Source of the DNA: a virus
Lineage: Duplodnaviria; Heunggongvirae; Uroviricota; Caudoviricetes
Reading direction: 5' to 3' (one strand)
IMG/VR virus record: IMGVR_UViG_2529292911_000011
Length of the DNA: 19,414 nucleotides
The position numbers and the translations under genes were made by a program. Shown one piece after another: positions 16,186 to 19,414 of the stretch (its first letter is position 1; every line of letters begins with the position of its first letter). A model generated the notes under the pieces. The model had not been told where the DNA came from. It worked only from the letters and a program-made list of their open reading frames with translations, and searched no databases.

Positions 16186-16371
16186 TCATTGGTTGCCAGC
16201 CCGCGAATCAAGTTTGTTCTGGATCCAAGCTTCAACCTCCTCAAGCGACCATCTAGCTGATCTACCAATTTTAACTGGCTGTGGAAACGTGCCCGTCTTA
16301 ACCCATGAGTAGATTGCCGTTTTCTTGAAGCCCGTTCTGAGCATGACTTCGCTTAATTTGATAAGGCGCAT
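16186..16371 (-). CDS. alpA: AlpA-family transcriptional regulator, second copy in inverted orientation
   Basis: 61 aa 'MRLIKLSEVMLRTGFKKTAIYSWVKTGTFPQPVKIGRSARWSLEEVEAWIQ' is a textbook AlpA HTH pattern. Divergent in sequence from the copy at 3652. Confidence 0.8.
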   Translation of the reverse strand: MRLIKLSEVMLRTGFKKTAIYSWVKTGTFPQPVKIGRSARWSLEEVEAWIQNKLDSRAGNQ

Positions 16372-16623
16372 AGAGGCTCCTCTGCTTTAGATTAAGCATA
16401 GTGACAATCTGGCTTTGGGCGGTATCCAAAAGCGAGGTATCCATGTTGGTATCCACCAAAACGCTGTTTACCAAAAAAGTTACCACCGGAACAGGACATT
16501 TTGAGCTGTAACTTAACACATAGCATATGGAGTTCACGCATAGACTTCACGCACAACGGCTCCGGCCAGTGAAGAATCACCCTGGCTGGCAATATAATGC
16601 CGATCACCATCAGAGGGGAATCC

Positions 16624-16815
16624 ATGACACCACGAGAAATCGAGCTGCTGACCATTGCCAAGCTGGAGCATGACGGCCACCAGCTCAGCCCGGCAGAACT
16701 GCGGGAATTAAGGCGCCAGCTGGCAGAGGGCCCTGTAATAGCCAGGCGGTACCGCGAAATGATGACCAGCCACGCATATCGCTGGAGCAAACCAGCGCCG
16801 CTCCGTGCGCGGTGA
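16624..16815 (+). CDS. Hypothetical small protein (63 aa)
   Basis: ATG 16624 preceded by SD 'GAGGGG'; 'MTPREIELLTIAKLEHDGHQLSPAELRELRRQLAEG...'. Two direct 'TTCACGCA' repeats (16533-16540, 16546-16553) lie upstream. The overlapping minus-strand ORF 16392-16790 is W/R/C-rich and looks spurious. Confidence 0.35.
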   Translation: MTPREIELLTIAKLEHDGHQLSPAELRELRRQLAEGPVIARRYREMMTSHAYRWSKPAPLRAR

Positions 16816-16890
16816 GCAGCACCTAACCAGCACTAGACAAGCCCTGTGCTGGTGGATGTCCCTCATAATTAGCGGTTTTTAAACGGCGTG

Positions 16891-17013
16891 TTGGTTCACG
16901 GCCTCTTTTTGTTGGTTCAAAAATGGGGTGTGTTGGTTCACATTTTGCGAATAATCCTTTTAAAAACAATACTCTTTGCAAATTGAACCAACTGAACCAA
17001 CTGAACCAACACC
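16891..17013 (-). repeat. Iteron cluster B (second ori-like / cis replication region), inverted relative to cluster A
   Basis: On the minus strand: three tandem 'GTTGGTTCA' (plus-strand 'TGAACCAAC' at 16984-17010), an AT-rich spacer, then three dispersed copies (16891-16898, 16912-16919, 16933-16940). Positions 16963-17013 are the exact reverse complement of 10371-10421 (51 bp). Confidence 0.8.
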
Positions 17014-17046
17014 TTTTTGCTTATCTATATAGTCTGAGAGGCAGAA

Positions 17047-17334
17047 ATGATAAGGGACAGGAAAGCTGAAGAGCTGGAGTTAAAAGGGCTATGCCGGAGA
17101 GCTGCCACACGATGGGCAGAAGTCATGACGCTGGCAGATGGCGATAAAGAACGTGAACATGCAGCAAACAGACGCTCTGAATGTATCCGTAGGGCGGCAC
17201 GCCCACCAGCAACTACAGACAGATTCGGAGACTTAAGACAGGCAGTTAAGCGAACGCATTCAGCTCTTGGTATGGATGAGGAAGCGAGAGGGTACTTCAG
17301 GCGTTATCGCGATAAAGATTGCCAGCTACGATAA
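17047..17334 (+). CDS. Hypothetical basic protein (95 aa)
   Basis: ATG 17047 with SD 'GAGAGG'; Arg-rich; immediately downstream of iteron cluster B. No family recognised. Confidence 0.55.
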   Translation: MIRDRKAEELELKGLCRRAATRWAEVMTLADGDKEREHAANRRSECIRRAARPPATTDRFGDLRQAVKRTHSALGMDEEARGYFRRYRDKDCQLR

Positions 17335-17503
17335 AGCAAAGGAGGTGTCTTACTACAATGACCAAGCAAAACTGTCGTTGCTTTCGCATAGCATCAGCTA
17401 AAAGATCAAGACACCCAACATCGCATTAATAAGTATAATCAATTTGCTTCTTTCAACATTTGCTATAGAGTTTTTGAACCTTAATGGTTTATGAGCATCT
17501 ATA

Positions 17504-18268
17504 ATGACTACAACGGTATATGATCGTGTTAACGCCTTAGTAGCGACCGACTCTAGGTGGTCTGTTGATCTTAGCCCACATGGCTACGATGGTCATATCC
17601 TGTATATTGACGATACCGGCTTCGGTAAGCTAGCTCCACGAAATGATTTTGTTATGCTTTTAGCCGGTGATGGTCTTTTGATTCAGTTATGGAAGCATTG
17701 GTGGCGAGGAGACCTATCTCAACAAGAACCACCAGTTGTTTTACCTACTGGTCAATCGGTAAATTTACATATTGTGAAAAAATCAACTAATGAAGTGATT
17801 TTTGATAAAGGTCAAAAATTAGTTGTAAAAAATAACGAAACGGAAGAACTGTTCGCTGTCTTTACAGGCTCAGGATGCGGTGCTGCTGCGCAAAACTGGA
17901 TGTATAGCCATTGCGCAAGATCAGCAATTGAAGAATCTAAAAAGCTTGACCCATACACTGGCGGCACTGTACGTTTTTTAGACTTCAGGACTAACGCATC
18001 ATTAGTAGAAGACTCTGTTTCAACCATTAGCGAAGTAAACGAAGCTCTATTGCAGAGGGGGCTGATTATGGATACCAAAAACCCACATTCACCACACGTT
18101 TCTATCAGTGCACAAGAAGTTGCTGAAGTTCGTCAAATGCTGGTTAGTGGTTCAATTACCCCATGTGCACCAGTAGGCCAAAGAACCCAAGATTGGGATG
18201 ACAACTCCAAATTGCGTTTAGCAAATGCTATTCAGCGTATTCGTGAAGAAGAAGCACAAATGCGATAA
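17504..18268 (+). CDS. Hypothetical protein (254 aa), AT-rich, function unknown
   Basis: Long ORF in a relatively AT-rich segment, followed by a strong hairpin terminator. No motif recognised. Confidence 0.75.
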   Translation: MTTTVYDRVNALVATDSRWSVDLSPHGYDGHILYIDDTGFGKLAPRNDFVMLLAGDGLLIQLWKHWWRGDLSQQEPPVVLPTGQSVNLHIVKKSTNEVIFDKGQKLVVKNNETEELFAVFTGSGCGAAAQNWMYSHCARSAIEESKKLDPYTGGTVRFLDFRTNASLVEDSVSTISEVNEALLQRGLIMDTKNPHSPHVSISAQEVAEVRQMLVSGSITPCAPVGQRTQDWDDNSKLRLANAIQRIREEEAQMR

Positions 18269-18286
18269 ATGGAATAAGTAAGCCTA

Positions 18287-18316
18287 AAAAGCTGCCTATC
18301 ATACAGGCAGCTTTTT
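18287..18316. terminator. Rho-independent terminator, potentially bidirectional
   Basis: 'AAAAGCTGCCT-ATCATAC-AGGCAGCTTTTT': 7-bp GC-rich stem flanked by an A-run on the 5' side and a T-run on the 3' side; 19 nt after the stop of the 254-aa ORF. Confidence 0.75.
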
Positions 18317-18627
18317 AGTCCGTTTCCCCATTCTATGTAAATACACTTCCTAAAAATAGCGATTAACTTACCTCTCACAATCAATTTCACGAGCAATACG
18401 CGTGCGCAGTACAACAAGCCTGAACAGGGTTACACACCTCGATCGTGAGCGATGTAGACAATGGCTTTTGACCAAAGCACCAGAAAAAACCGTGTACATA
18501 AGGGTGTACATAATCAAAAAAATCATTAGAAAGAAATCAGCCACAATGCGGCATTGAAGCCAATACTCTACAAACAGATTCAATTGAGTAACTCGTAACA
18601 CTAATTCTTACTTTTCAGCCTTCACAA

Positions 18628-18658
18628 ATGCCGCCCACTCAAACAGAGCGGCATTTTT
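18628..18658 (+). terminator. Orphan rho-independent terminator-like hairpin
   Basis: Stem 'ATGCCGC' (18628-18634) / 'GCGGCAT' (18648-18654), 13-nt loop, T-run 18654-18658. No plus-strand ORF within about 300 bp upstream. Confidence 0.5.
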
Positions 18659-18748
18659 CTTCCCCGCAACTTCAATTCTGTTTTGCGTGCCTGCTCCAGA
18701 TTTTGCGATGTTTTTTTGCCCAGCACACTGAGAACGTGAGATACTCAC

Positions 18749-18768
18749 AACTGTATATAAATACAGTT
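18749..18768 (+). promoter_or_regulatory. LexA box (SOS operator)
   Basis: 'AACTGTATATAAATACAGTT' is a perfect CTGT-N8-ACAG palindrome with AT-rich centre, about 45 bp upstream of the start of the downstream ORF. It matches the dinD SOS box as I remember it. Confidence 0.8.
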
Positions 18769-18811
18769 ACAGATTTACTTTCTTTGCAATCGATATCACA
18801 TGGAGTGGGCA

Positions 18812-19414
18812 ATGAACGAACATCATCAACCTTTTGAAGAGATAAAACTGATTAATGCAAACGGAGCAGAACAATGGTCAGCAAGACAACTTGGGAAACT
18901 ACTGGGTTATTCAGAGTATCGTCACTTTATACCTGTATTAACGCGCGCCAAAGAGGCCTGTGAGAACAGTGGTCACACAATTGATGACCATTTCGAGGAG
19001 ATCCTCGATATGGTCAAAATTGGCTCAAATGCCAAAAGAGCATTAAAAGACATCGTACTCTCCCGCTATGCCTGTTACCTGGTAGTACAAAACGGCGACC
19101 CCGCGAAACCGGTCATTGCGGCAGGGCAGACTTATTTTGCTATCCAGACCCGACGGCAGGAGCTTGCTGACGATGAAGCATTTAAGCAACTTCGTGAAGA
19201 CGAAAAGCGTCTGTTTCTGAGAAATGAGTTGAAAGAACATAACAAACAATTGGTTGAGGCAGCACAGCAAGCTAATACCACACACTTTGACGTGGGTAGC
19301 AAGGTGAGGCAAACCATTCAGGAACTTGGCGGAACCATGCCTGAGGAGTTGCCGACCCCGCAGGTCAGCATCAAGCAGTTGGAAAACAGTGTAAAAATTA
19401 CAGAGAAGAAATAG
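18812..19414 (+). CDS. dinD: DNA-damage-inducible protein, DinD-like
   Basis: ORF ending at a TAG at the window edge. Preferred start is ATG 18812 (GGAG at 18802-18805); the track start is 18800. Identity rests on the LexA box and my recollection of dinD, not on an alignment. My memory is that DinD is longer (~274 aa), so this may be a shorter variant or my memory may be wrong. Confidence 0.6.
   Translation: MNEHHQPFEEIKLINANGAEQWSARQLGKLLGYSEYRHFIPVLTRAKEACENSGHTIDDHFEEILDMVKIGSNAKRALKDIVLSRYACYLVVQNGDPAKPVIAAGQTYFAIQTRRQELADDEAFKQLREDEKRLFLRNELKEHNKQLVEAAQQANTTHFDVGSKVRQTIQELGGTMPEELPTPQVSIKQLENSVKITEKK

Noticed and set aside
15854-16312. Overlapping ORFs (111 aa minus; 114 and 90 aa plus) next to the second alpA
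   Set aside because: Mutually overlapping in three frames with W/R/C/S-rich low-complexity translations; more likely decayed sequence than genes, though the 111-aa ORF does overlap the alpA stop.
18320-18750. tRNA gene or attachment-site core near the right end
   Set aside because: No tRNA-like 3' end (T-arm plus CCA) or obvious direct repeat found by eye, and the left attachment site is outside the window, so no boundary call is made.

Overview
This window looks like the interior of an integrated P4-type/PICI-like satellite island in an enterobacterial (E. coli-like) chromosome. From left to right: a P4-family tyrosine integrase; an AT-rich cargo gene in the integrase-alpA slot that is split by a complete IS10 (1329 bp, 9-bp target duplication); an AlpA regulator; an antirepressor-like gene and a chain of translationally coupled small ORFs; and a 918-aa primase-helicase followed by an iteron origin. 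About 6.5 kb further right is a second, inverted iteron cluster sharing a 51-bp identical core. Between the two clusters lies the most interesting cargo: a three-gene operon (58-aa RHH-like protein, then 489-aa and 701-aa proteins I cannot assign to any family) preceded by a LexA-box-like site, plus a small secreted protein, a possible RelE/ParE-like ORF and a second, inverted alpA. The right end carries two unassigned ORFs, terminators, a near-consensus LexA box and a dinD-like gene. All functional calls come from reading motifs and from memory of protein families; no database search was run.
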